A DNA stretch of 64,000 nucleotides from the human T2T-CHM13v2.0 reference genome, Homo sapiens (GCF_009914755.1 NC_060926.1), one strand, 5' to 3'; shown: positions 1 through 12,325, counted from the stretch's first letter. The notes: a model not told the origin generated them from the letters alone. Translations and numbers: made by a program.

Positions 1-718
1 TGGCTGGTTGTTGAGGACTGTAACATTGTTGGATCTCTGTCTTTCTGCACATCCTTAATTATGTCCTTCAGATCAATTCCAAAATGTAGATTTGTCTGAG
101 CAAAGGTGTTTACGGCCTTGGGCACTCCTGCTAAATTGCTGTTGGAGCACCTGCGCCAGCTGACCTTCCCACCTGCAGGAGCTAGGTCTAAACATGCATC
201 TTTCCCTCCACCATGGAAAGTGCTAGGCACCTGTCTCTCTTACTCTTCCCAAGTGGGTAAGGTAAGCAGCCCCATCGAGCAGCCCCATCATTTCACTTTG
301 CATCCCTGCGGACTGTCGGTGAGGCCAGCCTGGCCCCTGTGTCCTGGCATTCCATGCTTTTCCTCTCAGGAATCACTCAGCGTGCTGGTCACTCTGGTCT
401 CCATTGGTCTGTGAGTTTTTTGTACACATTAGTGAAATGTTTATATGATAATGCTCACCAACACTATTAAGTCACAAATTATTTTCTCAGTAACTGCTTT
501 TTACTTTGCCTACAATTTAGTTTTACCTTGTAGAATTTAAACTCCATCTTGATGGGTTCTGTTTCTCTTACTCTAGAATGGCATCTGGCACATATAGGGA
601 ACCCAGCGAATGCTTGTTGAAGGTGTGAATTGAAACAGACACTCCTCAACTTATGATGGGGCTATGCCCTGATAAACCCATTGTAAGAGGAAAATAGTAT
701 AGTCAAAAATGCATTTAA

Positions 719-1022
719 CAGGGCACGGTGGCTCACGTCTGTAATCCCAGCACTTTGGGAGGCTGAGGTGGGTGAATCACCTAAGGTCAGGAGTTTAAGA
801 CCAGCCTGGCCAACAGGGCGAAACCCTGTCTCTACTAAAAATACAAAAATTAGCCAGGCGTGGTGGTGGGCACCTGTAGTCCCAACTACTCGGGAGGCTA
901 AGCACAAGAATCACTTGAACCTGGGAGGCGGAGGTTGCACTGAGCCGAGATCACACCACTGCACTCCAGCCTGGGTGACAGAACAAGACTCCCTCTCAAA
1001 AAAAAAAAAAAAGAAAGAAAAG
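719..1022 (+). mobile_element. AluS element
   Basis: Full dimeric Alu with A tail; TSD AAAATGCATTTAA on both sides. Confidence 0.95.
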
Positions 1023-1079
1023 AAAATGCATTTAATACACTTAACCTCTCTGATGTCATAGCTTAGCCTAGCCTACTCT

Positions 1080-1371
<292 letters not shown>

Positions 1372-1730
1372 AGCCTAGCCTACTCTAAATGTGCTCAGAA
1401 CATACATTAGCTTACAGTTGGGCAAAATCATCTAATATGAAGCCTATTTTATAACAAAGTGTTGAATATCTCACATAATTTGTTGAATACCAAACTGGAA
1501 GTGAAAAACAGAATGGTCGTATGGGCACTTGAAGTTCCGTTTCTACTGAATGCTTATCACTTTCACACCATCATAAAGTTGAAAAATCAGGGCCTATCAG
1601 GGTCAGCTCTGGCTGTCTTTTCCTTGAGGGTTTCTATCCTTAGTATGGGCTCAGGAAGTTCTTCCCCATGCCAATATTATATTGGCACCTTTTAATGGTT
1701 TCAGTTTTCTCATTTAATTAATCTCCCTAG

Positions 1731-2035
<305 letters not shown>

Positions 2036-3047
2036 CTAGAATTTGTTTTGATAGATATTAGATTGAGATGTAACATTTCTCCCCATTATTTGTTGAATCC
2101 TTCATTTTCTCACTGATCTCAGACTTTATCAAATGGAAGCCTGTGTCTTTGCACTCGAGTTCTTTCTGGGCATTCTGCTCCATTCCTGTCTGTCCAGCAT
2201 CAGTCCACTCTCTCTCATTAGTGGTGTCATATGAGATAGTCACTGTTTGGTGAACACATTCCATCCCTTATTCTGCCTCCTTTTAAAAAAGATTCTTTGC
2301 TATTCTCAAGCATTTAATTCTTCCAAGTAATCTTCTAAGTCATTGGACAAATTCCTTACAAAAACACCATGGAGATTTCAGTTGAAATTGCATTAAATTT
2401 TTGTGTTAACTTACGGGAAGACTAACATCTGGACAATGTTTTGCCTGCCCTTGCTTATGTTGATTCAGATTTTTGATGTCCAGTGAGAGGCTTGGTTGGT
2501 GTATCAGGCTCTGCACAGGGAAGCTGTCCATTCTGTGGAGTTGTTGGTAACTGGCTGGTCCTGGGGACAGAGAACTGGCCCTCGTTCCTGACTGTTAAGG
2601 GAAGGATGATGGCTCTTGGCTTGAAAAGATCATCTTTATCATGTTAACACAGTTTCCTTCTGTTTCTAAGAGGTATTATCAGAAATAACACCTTGGATTT
2701 TGGCAAAGGCATTTTCAGCATGTAGAGAATTGATTTCCCTTTTTCTCTTTGACTTCTGATAGGATGAATGTTATCAATCAGCTTTCTAATGCCGAACGAT
2801 CCTTGCATTCCCCAAACAACCTTACTTGATCATGGGACAATTCCTTGTTACATGCTTTTAGATTAGATTTGGTAATATTTTATTTTGCAATTATTTCATC
2901 TAACTACTTAAAATTAAAATTAATCCACAGTGGGTTTTCTTTGAATCTAGCTCTGTTAGGTTTTGGTCTTTGGTTCATAAATGAATTGTCCAACTCCCTT
3001 TTGGATAATCAAAATGCTCAACATTTTTTCCTTTGCTTGATTTTCAG

Positions 3048-3068
3048 CTAATAGTGCTGGACCCCCCG
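3048..3068 (+). CDS. FARP2: Candidate FARP2 21-nt alternative microexon (LIVLDPP)
   Basis: Pyrimidine tract with TGC then TTTTCAG|CTAATAGTGCTGGACCCCCCG|GTGAGT; phase 0-0, no stop, 230 nt upstream of the phase-0 exon at 3299. Confidence 0.6.
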
Positions 3069-3298
3069 GTGAGTATTTGGGTGCCCTCTGGCCCATGGCT
3101 CACCCCCTGGGGTGCAGCTGCCATGGCGCAGGGATACCAGTGTCCTCCTTGGCCTCTTGTAGAGTCTGTGTGCACTTGGACAGCACTGGGCTTCCAAGCC
3201 CCACCTAGCATTGCCAGCAGTCACCTTGTGTCCTGCTCAGGCTTAGGCTGTCAGTTCCTTCTTGGCCACAAGACTTGGACCGTTTCTCCCACCCACAG

Positions 3299-3381
3299 GT
3301 GGAAGAAAGTGATAACGAGTGGTCTGTTCCACACTGTTTCACCATCTACGCGGCTCAGAAAACAATCGTGGTGGCAGCCAG
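3299..3381 (+). CDS. FARP2: FARP2 coding exon (PH1 domain, VEESDNEWSVPHCFTIYAAQKTIVVAAS)
   Basis: cacag|GTG...GCCAG|gtaag; translation matches FARP2 PH1 as recalled. Confidence 0.95.
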
Positions 3382-4397
3382 GTAAGGGTCTTCCATGTCT
3401 CCATCCTGAGCAGCCCTGGATGGAGGGGTGGGGACTTCCTCGCCATGAGCCTCTGAGTCCTCTGAGCTGTGAGGAGCCATGTAGCCTCATGGGGTTGTGC
3501 CCCCTTTGACTCTGAGCTCTGCTTCCAAGTCACACAACCAAAGGAGCAGCCTCGCCCTTGTCAGGGGCAGGGCTGCTTGCCAACCTGACAACACCCCACA
3601 AGTGGCAGGCCCCAGTGCTGTGGAGCCGCTCCCTCTGCCCTCCGGTTCACAGTGCCTCCAAAGACAGGACGGGTGAGTGGGCAGGCTCCTGTGGTCTCCC
3701 AGGGCACAGGCGCTTCCCCAACCCTCACGTCAAGAAGTGCCAGCAGCTAGTGGTCAAAGCCCCAACAGGGCAGCTTACACCCAGCCCAGCCAAACACTGC
3801 CTCCCAGTCCCAGTGTGGTATAGACTCACATGAGGCAGCCCAGGCTATGGCACAGAATCAAGTGGAAACAGCTCCCTCCTCCCCAGATAAGATCAACAGA
3901 AGGATGACACTGAGCTCATTTGGCGGCCAGGATGCAGGGGCCCCTGCATGGTCACCAGCACCACACTGTGCTCTGTGAGGAGTCTCAGCTCTGACTCTGC
4001 AGCGCCCTGGCCAGCATCAGAGCACAGGGCACTCAGTTCCCACCAGGAAATGCTCACTTAATCATGAACCAGGGCCAATCTTGCATTTCAGTATCACAGA
4101 TGTAGAGAACATCATTTCAGGAACAAATACCCCTGCAGACCCCCTGTTCTAGGACCGGGGCCCTGCGCTGGCACCCACAACCCTGTCACAGCACCCTGGA
4201 GGTCAGGCTGATGCAGGTCCCTCCCAGCTCTCCTCCCTGCTATTCTCGCTGGAGGGGACACGTTTCCCAGTCCTCTCACCAGGCAGGACAAAGCAGAATG
4301 TGAGAGAACAGGTGCCCTGACGGCTCGCCCTCCCTTGAGGGCTGGGGCCCTACACAAGGAAGAGCAGAGCCACTGAGCCTTGCCCTTCTCCCTGCAG

Positions 4398-4516
4398 CAC
4401 TCGGCTGGAGAAAGAGAAGTGGATGCTGGACCTGAACTCCGCGATCCAAGCAGCCAAGAGTGGCGGTGACACGGCCCCTGCACTGCCAGGCCGCACTGTG
4501 TGCACTCGTCCCCCCA
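4398..4516 (+). CDS. FARP2: FARP2 coding exon (TRLEKEKWMLDLNSAIQAAK...TRPP)
   Basis: ctgcag|C ACT...CCC A|gtgagt; phases consistent; PH C-terminal helix with conserved Trp. Confidence 0.95.
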
Positions 4517-4852
4517 GTGAGTGCTGGCCACAACCCCCCAGGAGACCTCCACTACACCTAAGGAGGCTTTTTTTGGAAACTGTTTTCCTTGGTCCCCATT
4601 GGCCCGCTAAGTTCCCACACAATCCCCTTCCACAAGGAATGTTCCAGGCTACGCCTCATGCCTGGGCGGGAAGAGGTGTCAATCAGCTGCTCTGGCAGAA
4701 GCACCTGTAGTTTTGCTCTCAGCCAGCAGCTGGCCTAGCACCAAGGGCTCCCCATTTCCCCAGGACCCCCGAGAGGAACCCAAGGGGTGGAAGTATTTGG
4801 CAAGCAGAGGCCACAGGGGGTTCCCCCTGAGACGCTGCTGACTTCTCCCCAG

Positions 4853-5016
4853 GATCCCCCAACGAGGTATCTCTGGAGCAGGAGTCAGAAGATGATGCTC
4901 GGGGTGTCCGCAGCTCCCTGGAGGGGCATGGCCAGCACCGGGCCAACACCACAATGCACGTGTGCTGGTACCGGAACACCAGCGTGTCCAGGGCAGACCA
5001 CAGTGCAGCTGTCGAG
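4853..5016 (+). CDS. FARP2: FARP2 coding exon (SPNEVSLEQESEDD...NTTMHVCWYRNTSVS...AVE)
   Basis: ccccag|GA...GAG|gtac; FARP-family HVCW-RNTSVS linker motif. Confidence 0.95.
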
Positions 5017-6025
5017 GTACGACCGCATGAGCACCACCTCAGTGCATCTGGAATGTTCCCAGCTGTCTCTGCACTTGGCTGCTGAGGAGGGGACCTCAGG
5101 AGGGTACCAGCAGGCAGGCTTGGCCCCAGAGGACTGCCTCTTACTCTCCCCTTGGTAGAAGTTGGTATGGAAAGTGCCCCTCATCCAGTCAAGCCCTCTT
5201 TGAAAAGGGTGTTTCAGGTCTGGTGTCTGATGAAGTCCAGCAGGCGGGGCGTGTCCTCAGGGCCTGGAGCTGGTGTGTAGTGGAGCTGAGAAAAGCCTTC
5301 CCAGACACATCCCCTGCAGCCCCCCGTCCCAGTGCCTCCAAAACCCTTCACCTCGGGCTTGGAGCTCGAGGCTCTGCCCAGGCACCCTGCCATAGAAGGT
5401 TGTCAGCTCTATCTCACTGCATGGGCCCGGTCTGCCATTGTGGGTCACCAGGTTCCTCAGCCTGGTGCCCCCACACCCTTCCCCAAGCCTGCTGTCTTAC
5501 TCCACCGAGAGCTCTTGTCTTTTTTGCTGTCTCCCCATAATTCACCCCAGCCACAATCGGCTGGGCAGGGGCTCAGGAGCTACCCCAGCACCCCCGTGAG
5601 GGGGCTGAGCCCGAGCCTCTCCCCTGATGACCCTGGGTAGGTCAGGGTGCAGCAGGTCCCTGACCTGGGCCCACCAGCTTATGGCCAGTCCAGGACACCT
5701 GAGATCTAAGCAGGGTCCTAGCTAGGCCCGCTCCGCCATCTTAGAGTGCAACCCCTGAATACCACCCTGAAGGCGGGAGGCTCATGTGAGCCCCATGAGC
5801 CCAGCCACTCCAGCGCCAAAGCCATGCCTAATCCTGGCAGAACAGATGCCACATGCTTAGGGACAGGGCTGCAGTGGGGCATCTTGTGTGTGCCTTTACT
5901 TGCCTCTCCCCCACCCATCATTTTAAAGAACCTTCCAGACTTGGCTCAATGTACTGTCTCTTAAGGTATCTTCTCTCTTCTGGCTGTTGGATGGGTTTGT
6001 GGATGGTTGGTTACTGAACACTGAC

Positions 6026-6031
6026 TTTATT
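6026..6031 (-). terminator. STK25: Candidate distal poly(A) signal (AATAAA) for a long STK25 3' UTR
   Basis: TTTATT on + strand within a FARP2 intron; agrees with my recollection that STK25 models overlap the FARP2 3' end. Confidence 0.55.
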
Positions 6032-6265
6032 GTGCACAGGGAAAGGGAACTCACTTTACTTGGCGCCTGGAATGTCACTCTAGGTTTTTAACATGCTTCT
6101 GTTGGACTTAAGTACTGATAAAGCTGCTGTTCATAGCAGTCCAGAGGTAAAACCAAGGCCTCAGCTGGAGAAAGCATGCAGAGGCTTAGTCTTGGGGAGC
6201 AAACCCACTCCCACAAGGGGTCCTGGGTGCTGGTTAATGCACCTGCATTTTTCCTTTATTGACAG

Positions 6266-6373
6266 AACCAGCTTTCAGGATATCTGCTAAGAAAGTTCAA
6301 AAACAGTCATGGCTGGCAGAAGCTCTGGGTCGTCTTTACCAACTTCTGTTTGTTCTTCTACAAAACTCATCAG
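6266..6373 (+). CDS. FARP2: FARP2 coding exon (PH2: NQLSGYLLRKFKNSHGWQKLWVVFTNFCLFFYKTHQ)
   Basis: gacag|AAC...CAG|gtac; 108 nt; classic PH beta1-3 signature. Confidence 0.97.
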
Positions 6374-6629
6374 GTACTGGAGTTTCACTGGAGCCCAATG
6401 CAGGTGATGCTAGCAGACAGACACTTAACCCTGCTCACCTGTGTCCCTTTTGTATTTTGGTTCTGCCCTCCCATGCTTTGCCCACACACCCTGTGCTGTG
6501 TGAACAGGGAAACTGGCTCCCTTGGCCCGTGGGCATTTGTACGTGCCACCGTTGTGCAGGTAGCAGAGGAATGGGCATTCCCTGTGGCAACCCAGCCCCT
6601 GGAACCCGTGTCCCTATGCTGTCTTCCAG

Positions 6630-6781
6630 GATGACTACCCACTGGCCAGCCTCCCGCTGCTGGGCTACAGCGTGAGCATCCCCAGGGAGGCCGATGGCAT
6701 ACACAAAGACTATGTTTTCAAGCTCCAGTTCAAATCCCACGTCTACTTCTTCCGGGCTGAGAGCAAGTACACATTTGAAAG
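6630..6781 (+). CDS. FARP2: FARP2 coding exon (PH2: [15 protein letters not shown]...[11 protein letters not shown])
   Basis: ttccag|GAT...AAAG|gtaat; phase consistent. Confidence 0.97.
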
Positions 6782-6934
6782 GTAATTTTGCAGGAGGCAG
6801 CCCTGGTCAGCTGCCCATTTCGATGTCCGCTCAGCTCCCATTTCTACTCATGGTGGTGGAGGCAAGTTTTCTGGGCCCTGGAAAGGAAGGGCTGAGCAAT
6901 GCTTCCAGCATTTCCAAAAAACAGCAATGCTTTG

Positions 6935-7232
6935 TTTTTTTTTTTTTTGGAGATGGCGTCTCCCTCTGTCACTCAGGCTGGAGTGCAGTGATACAATCTT
7001 GGCTCACTATAACCTGCACCTCCAGGGTTCAAGCGATTCTTCTGCCTCAGCCTCCTGAGTAACTGAGATTACAGGCATGCACGCCACGCCGCCTGGCTAA
7101 TTTTTGTATTTTTAGTAGAGACAGGGTTTCACCATGTTGGCCAGGCTGGTCTCGAACTCCTGACCTCAAGTGATCCATCTGCCTCAGCCTCCCAAAGTGC
7201 TGGGATTATAGGCATGAGCCACCGCACCCGGC
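6935..7232 (-). mobile_element. AluS element in last FARP2 intron
   Basis: Poly-T followed by reverse-complement dimeric Alu. Confidence 0.95.
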
Positions 7233-7344
7233 CCCAGGTTTTTAACCCTTCTTTTGTCCTGCTTGTCCCGTATCCTGGGTTGTTCTTGGGACAGTGTCTG
7301 AGCACAAGATGGCTCACTGGTCTGATGGCCGCCCTCTCCTCCAG

Positions 7345-7462
7345 GTGGATGGAGGTGATCCAGGGGGCCAGCAGCTCAGCCGGGAGGGCCCCAAGCATCG
7401 TGCAGGATGGCCCCCAACCCTCCTCAGGGCTGGAGGGGATGGTCAGGGGGAAGGAGGAATGA
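7345..7462 (+). CDS. FARP2: FARP2 terminal coding exon ([10 protein letters not shown]...VRGKEE*)
   Basis: ctccag|G TGG ATG...GAA TGA; completes the PH2 helix. Confidence 0.97.
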
Positions 7463-8149
7463 CGCTCAACCTGCCCAGGTTTGGACACAACTACAAAGAA
7501 CAGCAGGACACAGAGGTGACCTCTGTCCTGAGGCTTCTCAACAGATGGGAAGTGGCTGTGGTCTCACTGGATCCCCACTGGCACCAGCAGTGTGGGTGGG
7601 CCTCATGTAACATCTGGGAGGGGCTTCATCCCCCCACCCAGGACCTAGTGCATGCCAGCAGCTATCTGGGGCCCTGGGAAAAATGTGCGAGTCTTGAGCG
7701 CGGAGCCGCTCAAGCCACAGCTCCCAGGCCCCTGGCTCAAAGACGCAGACAAGGCCTGAGCAGTGCTCTCGGCATCGGACCAAAGCCTGGGCACACCCTG
7801 CCTCTCTCCCCAGAGCAGGGTCCCTGCCGAGGACTGGCCTAGAGCAAGCACTGGAAAAGAGGCCCTGCCATACACCCTGCGTACCCACTGCCAGGACCCT
7901 CTCAGACAAGCGTGGCACAGCCATGCTGACCTTCCATCTGGTGAACCAAGTGGCAGCCCCAGGGGCCTGCCCTGCAGGTCACAGCTAAACAAGTCTGGCA
8001 GAAGCCACGCTTGTTCCCCATGTACCTCTAGAGAAGCAGAAACCAAAGTCCCCCTGTGCCCTGGGAGGGTGGGGCCGTCTAATTTATTACTGCCCAGCAT
8101 TCCTTCCAACGGGAAGTAGATGGGCGACTGCTTTGTTCACACACATTTG

Positions 8150-8161
8150 ATTAAAAATAAA
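8150..8161 (+). terminator. FARP2: FARP2 poly(A) signal (ATTAAA abutting AATAAA)
   Basis: ATTAAAAATAAA ~690 nt after the stop codon. Confidence 0.85.
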
Positions 8162-8370
8162 CAAACAGCATCTCCCCACCTGCATTCTCCTCTGCCTGCT
8201 CTGTTCTTCCGGTGGGCCAAGCAGAGCCCAGGAATCCATCACAGGGAAGTTTCGAAGGGGGGCTGGGCTGCCGTCTCTGCGTGCTGTGATGAGGACTCGG
8301 GACCAGGGACGCTGCAGCCCCGCATGGCCCGGGCCCCACCACACACACCTGCATGTCTCCAAGTCAGGTC

Positions 8371-8376
8371 TTTATT
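8371..8376 (-). terminator. STK25: STK25 proximal poly(A) signal (AATAAA)
   Basis: TTTATT on +, ~620 nt past the STK25 stop, with a GU-rich downstream element on the minus strand (ACACACAC on +). Confidence 0.85.
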
Positions 8377-8998
8377 GAAAGTGGCAGGGGCCTCTCAATG
8401 TTCTATGAAAACTAACATATTAACCTCAGAATATTTCAGGAAACAAGTAATTCAATTTTCTTAAAAAACAAAACATTCTGGATGACACAAGTACTTATGA
8501 GCAGACACAGTACCTGATCCAACACCACAAGGCAAATCTATGGCCATCATGGGCCCCGGGAGGACAGCGGCCAGGACACTCCTCTGGGGGCTGCCCTGTT
8601 GCCTCTCCCCACCTCATGGGAGGAGGAGGCAGAGCTGCCCTGATAGTTGCTCTGCGCCTTGGTCTGAGCGGCCATAGGGCTGCATGAGTCTGCAGAAGAC
8701 CCAGGCGTAGCTCATGAGGGCCACGCCGGCTGCTGGAGCCCCCGTGAGCAATACTGCTGGGCCAGGAGAGGGAGGAGGGCAGTGGGCATAGAGAACAGCG
8801 TCCCTGACGTGCACAACAGCACACTGCAGGGGTGGAAGGAGACGGTGACCTGGTGACCTGGCATGTGAGGCCCACGGGATCCGACGTGTCCCTGCAGGCA
8901 CGACATAGCACAGGGCACCTTCCAAGTCAGCACAGTTCTTATGGAGCTCAGAACAAAAACAAACGACCTTCCGTCCCCTATCTGAACAGCAGTGCGCT

Positions 8999-9038
8999 TC
9001 AGCGGGTGGATGTCAGGTGGTTTCTGTTGTGTGAAAAC
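8999..9038 (-). CDS. STK25: STK25 terminal coding exon (FSHNRNHLTSTR*)
   Basis: ctgcag|G TTT TCA...CGC TGA. Confidence 0.95.
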
Positions 9039-9734
9039 CTGCAGAGAGAAGAGCCCACTGCTGCGTGCGTGCACCTCTGTGCCCAGGCTCCTGACGGCCT
9101 CTTGGGTGTGCAGTCTGCGGTGGCAGCCCTGACAAGCCACCGCACCACGTGGGTCTGAAGGTGTCCCCAATGCACAGGGTCTCAGGAGCAGCAATGACTG
9201 GCCCAGACCCCACCCCCAGAGCTGCTGCCCAGGGGCGCCGGGAAGGGGTCCCTGTGTGTGGACCAGGACTTGGCGCATCTGCCGGCGGCATGGCGGTTGG
9301 ACCCTAAGTCCGTTGGGCGGTGGAGGGCCCAGCATCTGTCCTGCCCTGTCTCTTTGCTAAGGACTCGAGTCAGCACAGGGGCAGCTCTGACGTTTTGCCA
9401 CCAGCGTGTCAGAGTAGCTCCCGGGAGCCACCAGGTGGAGGGGCAGAGGCCAGCTGAGGACAGCCATGTGGCCACTGAGGCCGGGACCCTGAGACACTGC
9501 CTCAGACCCTTAGACTGGAAAGGCCCTGCCCACTCTCTCCAGCCCCAAAGTCTCCATGGCCCTGTGAGCTGGGTCCAAACAAGGAAGAGGATGCCACGCC
9601 GCGCCTTCCCAGAGTGAAGCGAGCCCATGTAGTGCCAAATGCAGCCACACCCACGAGTGAGCACTGGACCTCACCCCACGTCCAGCTTCTTGGTGGGGGT
9701 GCTCTCCCCGACCCTATGGCACGGCCGCCCTCAC

Positions 9735-9871
9735 CTCTGCACTCGCTCCACCAGGTGCACCATCAGCTTGTCTGAGATGCCGGGGCAGGACTCCTCGGCC
9801 AGGCTGAAGGCGTTCTCCAGCTCCTCCAGCGCACCCACGCTCCCGCCGCTCTGCTTGTGCTTCTCTTTGAG
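9735..9871 (-). CDS. STK25: STK25 coding exon (LKEKHKQ...ELENAFSLAEESCPGISDKLMVHLVERVQR; CCM3/PDCD10-binding region)
   Basis: tcacag|CTC...AG|gtgag; GCKIII C-terminal dimerisation motif. Confidence 0.97.
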
Positions 9872-10952
9872 CTGTGAAAAGACCACCACGCCTGACCCTG
9901 GACCCCAGGACAGGCCTTCAGGGAGCCTGCTCCTTTGCTCGGCCACAGTGATGCCGGAGGCCTTCAGGGCTCTCGCCTAGGAGCCACACCCGGGAGCCCT
10001 TCAGCAAGCCGGGAAGTGAGGTGGCCCAAGGAAGCCTCTGCCCCTGCCCTGCCAACGGGGACCCTAGTGGTCCTTCCCCACAGCACCTACCTTCCCCCTA
10101 CACTCCGGGGAATCTCGGACCTCGGTTCTCAGGAGGGGACCAGATGGCTTCCTCCCAGCTGAGGGTCATGGAAGCCACTCAATGGGTCTAATCAGACCCA
10201 AAAACACGAAGCCCAGAAACCCCCAAAGCACACGGCACCGCCAGGCCCAGATCTGACCTCCATCAGGACACCAGCATCTGAGCCTCCTGTCACCGGGTGT
10301 CACCCACCCTCGGGGGGCTGTGGCTGGATCAGCAGGCTGCCCAGGACCTGGACCCGAGTGGCTGCTTCCCGCTGGGGCCTCCACATGGGCTGGGGCCAAC
10401 GTCCCTCGACCGTGCTCCTCCCTTTGCCGTCCTCAGGCAGGCCCTGCCGTCACCACCTCTCACCCACATCCTCCATCCTCCCTCCCCAGGCTCCAGGTGG
10501 GGCTCCTGGAGGGCACACCTGGGCCCAAGCCCGCTGGCCACGCCCTGGGCACACAGATCCTGGCTGTATCACATTTCTGAGGACGGTGCTGACTGCCCAT
10601 CAGCAGGTGACGTTGATGCAGGGTCACGTGACTAACCAGGGCGGCACCTGCCCGGGGATGGACCCCGACTAAACCTTCTCTGCTTTCTCTATAGAAGGAT
10701 CATCTGTGTTTGCACCTGAAGAAAAAAAAGTCACCCTAGGAACCCAGAGAACCTTGGCAGGTCTGGGAGTACAAAAGGAGTCATTGCAGCAGATTCTGCT
10801 CCTTCCACTCAGAAAACCCAGCCCACAATCAGCTGCAGGAAAGCTAGAAGCTGAAACCACCCCACAGTGCTGTGAGGGAGACATCTCCGTGCAACAGTGT
10901 CACAGCCTTGTCCTTGACGGGACTCCAGGCCCAGTCCCAGCCCCATCCTCAC

Positions 10953-11024
10953 CTCTCCGAAGACGGGCCGGACCAGCGTGGACAGGCACTGGGACCTCGG
11001 CTGCCTCTTGACGGGCTCCGCAGG
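10953..11024 (-). CDS. STK25: STK25 coding exon (PAEPVKRQPRSQCLSTLVRPVFGE)
   Basis: ttgcag|CCT...GAG|gtgag; 72 nt. Confidence 0.95.
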
Positions 11025-11187
11025 CTGCAAAGGAGTGGAGGCCCAGGGTGAGCAGGGCAGTGCAGGTGACAGGCAGGGCACTCCCATCCCTGCCCAGGCT
11101 CTAGCCTTGAAGAGACAGAGGCTGGGAGCAGCCTGTCGGGGCACATGTCCAGGGCCGGCCCCAAAACCATCAAGCCACCCGGATGGC

Positions 11188-11350
11188 CTGACTCTGAGGG
11201 CGACTCCCACCCTCTCCTGACTCTGAGGGCCTGTGACTCCCACCCTCTCCTGACTCTGAGGGCCTGTGACTCCCACCCTCTCCTGACTCTGAGGGCCTGT
11301 GACTCCCACCCTCTCCTGACTCTGAGGGCCTGTGACTCCCACCCTCTCCT
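11188..11350. repeat. 33-bp minisatellite, ~5 copies
   Basis: Unit TGACTCTGAGGGCCTGTGACTCCCACCCTCTCC repeated perfectly x4 plus a first copy lacking 4 nt. Confidence 0.95.
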
Positions 11351-11571
11351 CACAAATTTGGCTCCAAACAGGCCCTCATCTTCCCGGCACATGCTGGGGC
11401 TCGGGGTCTCCACACCAGGCCTAGTGCCACAGTGGGCTTCAGACCACCCCTGCCTTTCCCAAGCTCCTTGTCCAAGCTCCAGACACTGGGTGGACAAAGC
11501 TGGGTCCCGCATCCAGCCCATCCCACGGCCCCAGGGGTGCACAGAGGGCAAAGGCCAGGCCAGGAACAGAC

Positions 11572-11686
11572 CTTCTGTGAACTGTGCAGGGCCGTCCCCT
11601 TGTGAAGCTTGCTGTGTGGACTCGGCCGGATGGTAGGGGGGAACGTCCAGATGGGGCCCTGCTCCCCGTCCTCCGCCTCGCCATCA
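11572..11686 (-). CDS. STK25: STK25 coding exon (DGEAEDGEQGPIWTFPPTIRP...HSSQK)
   Basis: ttcag|T GAT...AAG|gtctg. Confidence 0.95.
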
Positions 11687-11975
11687 CTGAAGAGGATGAG
11701 GAGTTGCCAGGGCCAGTGGGGAGAGGGCCAGGAGGCATGAGGGCCTCAGGGCACACCTCACGGCCAAGGGAAACCCGAGGTACCAGACGGGGCTCTGCCA
11801 GGCCACGGGGTCCAGCTGATGCCTCAGCAGGCCCTGTCCTGCAGCCTTGAGGGGGTCCCTGCCCAACACTATATCTGGTCACCCTCACCCCCAGGGCCCA
11901 CGCCCCTGCTTCTGGAGTGGGGACCACCCACGTCACAGCACCTAGGGTCACCATGAGGATAAACCAGGTCCCTAC

Positions 11976-12121
11976 ATGTCAGAGTCCTCAGAGCTGGACT
12001 CCTCGCCATGCCCCTCTGACTTCCAGCGCTTATAGCGGTCGATGAGCTCCGTGAGGAAGGAGGTCTTCTTGGTGTAGCGTGTGATGAACTTGTGCTTCAG
12101 GAGCTCCTTGGCCGTGGGCCG
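11976..12121 (-). CDS. STK25: STK25 coding exon (RPTAKELLKHKFI...SSSEDSDI)
   Basis: ctgcag|CGG...AT|gtagg; kinase subdomain XI. Confidence 0.97.
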
Positions 12122-12325
12122 CTGCAGGGGGTCAGGGGAACACTAGTCACTGGGCCCAGCCAAGCTCTGCCTAAGGGAAGCAAACGTGAGGCAGCCTGGA
12201 CCGGGGCGGGCCCTCACAGCTACAAGGCTGGTGGGCCTGGGCCTCCGGGCTGTGCCGCCCACCCCAAGCGAACGCCCTCCCTCCACGTCCTGTCTAGAAG
12301 GGACCGGGCCAGAGGCGGGCCTTAC

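Noticed and set aside
11188-11350. Regular ~33-bp repeats resembling a CRISPR array
   Set aside because: Units are directly tandem with no unique spacers; eukaryotic intron, no cas genes
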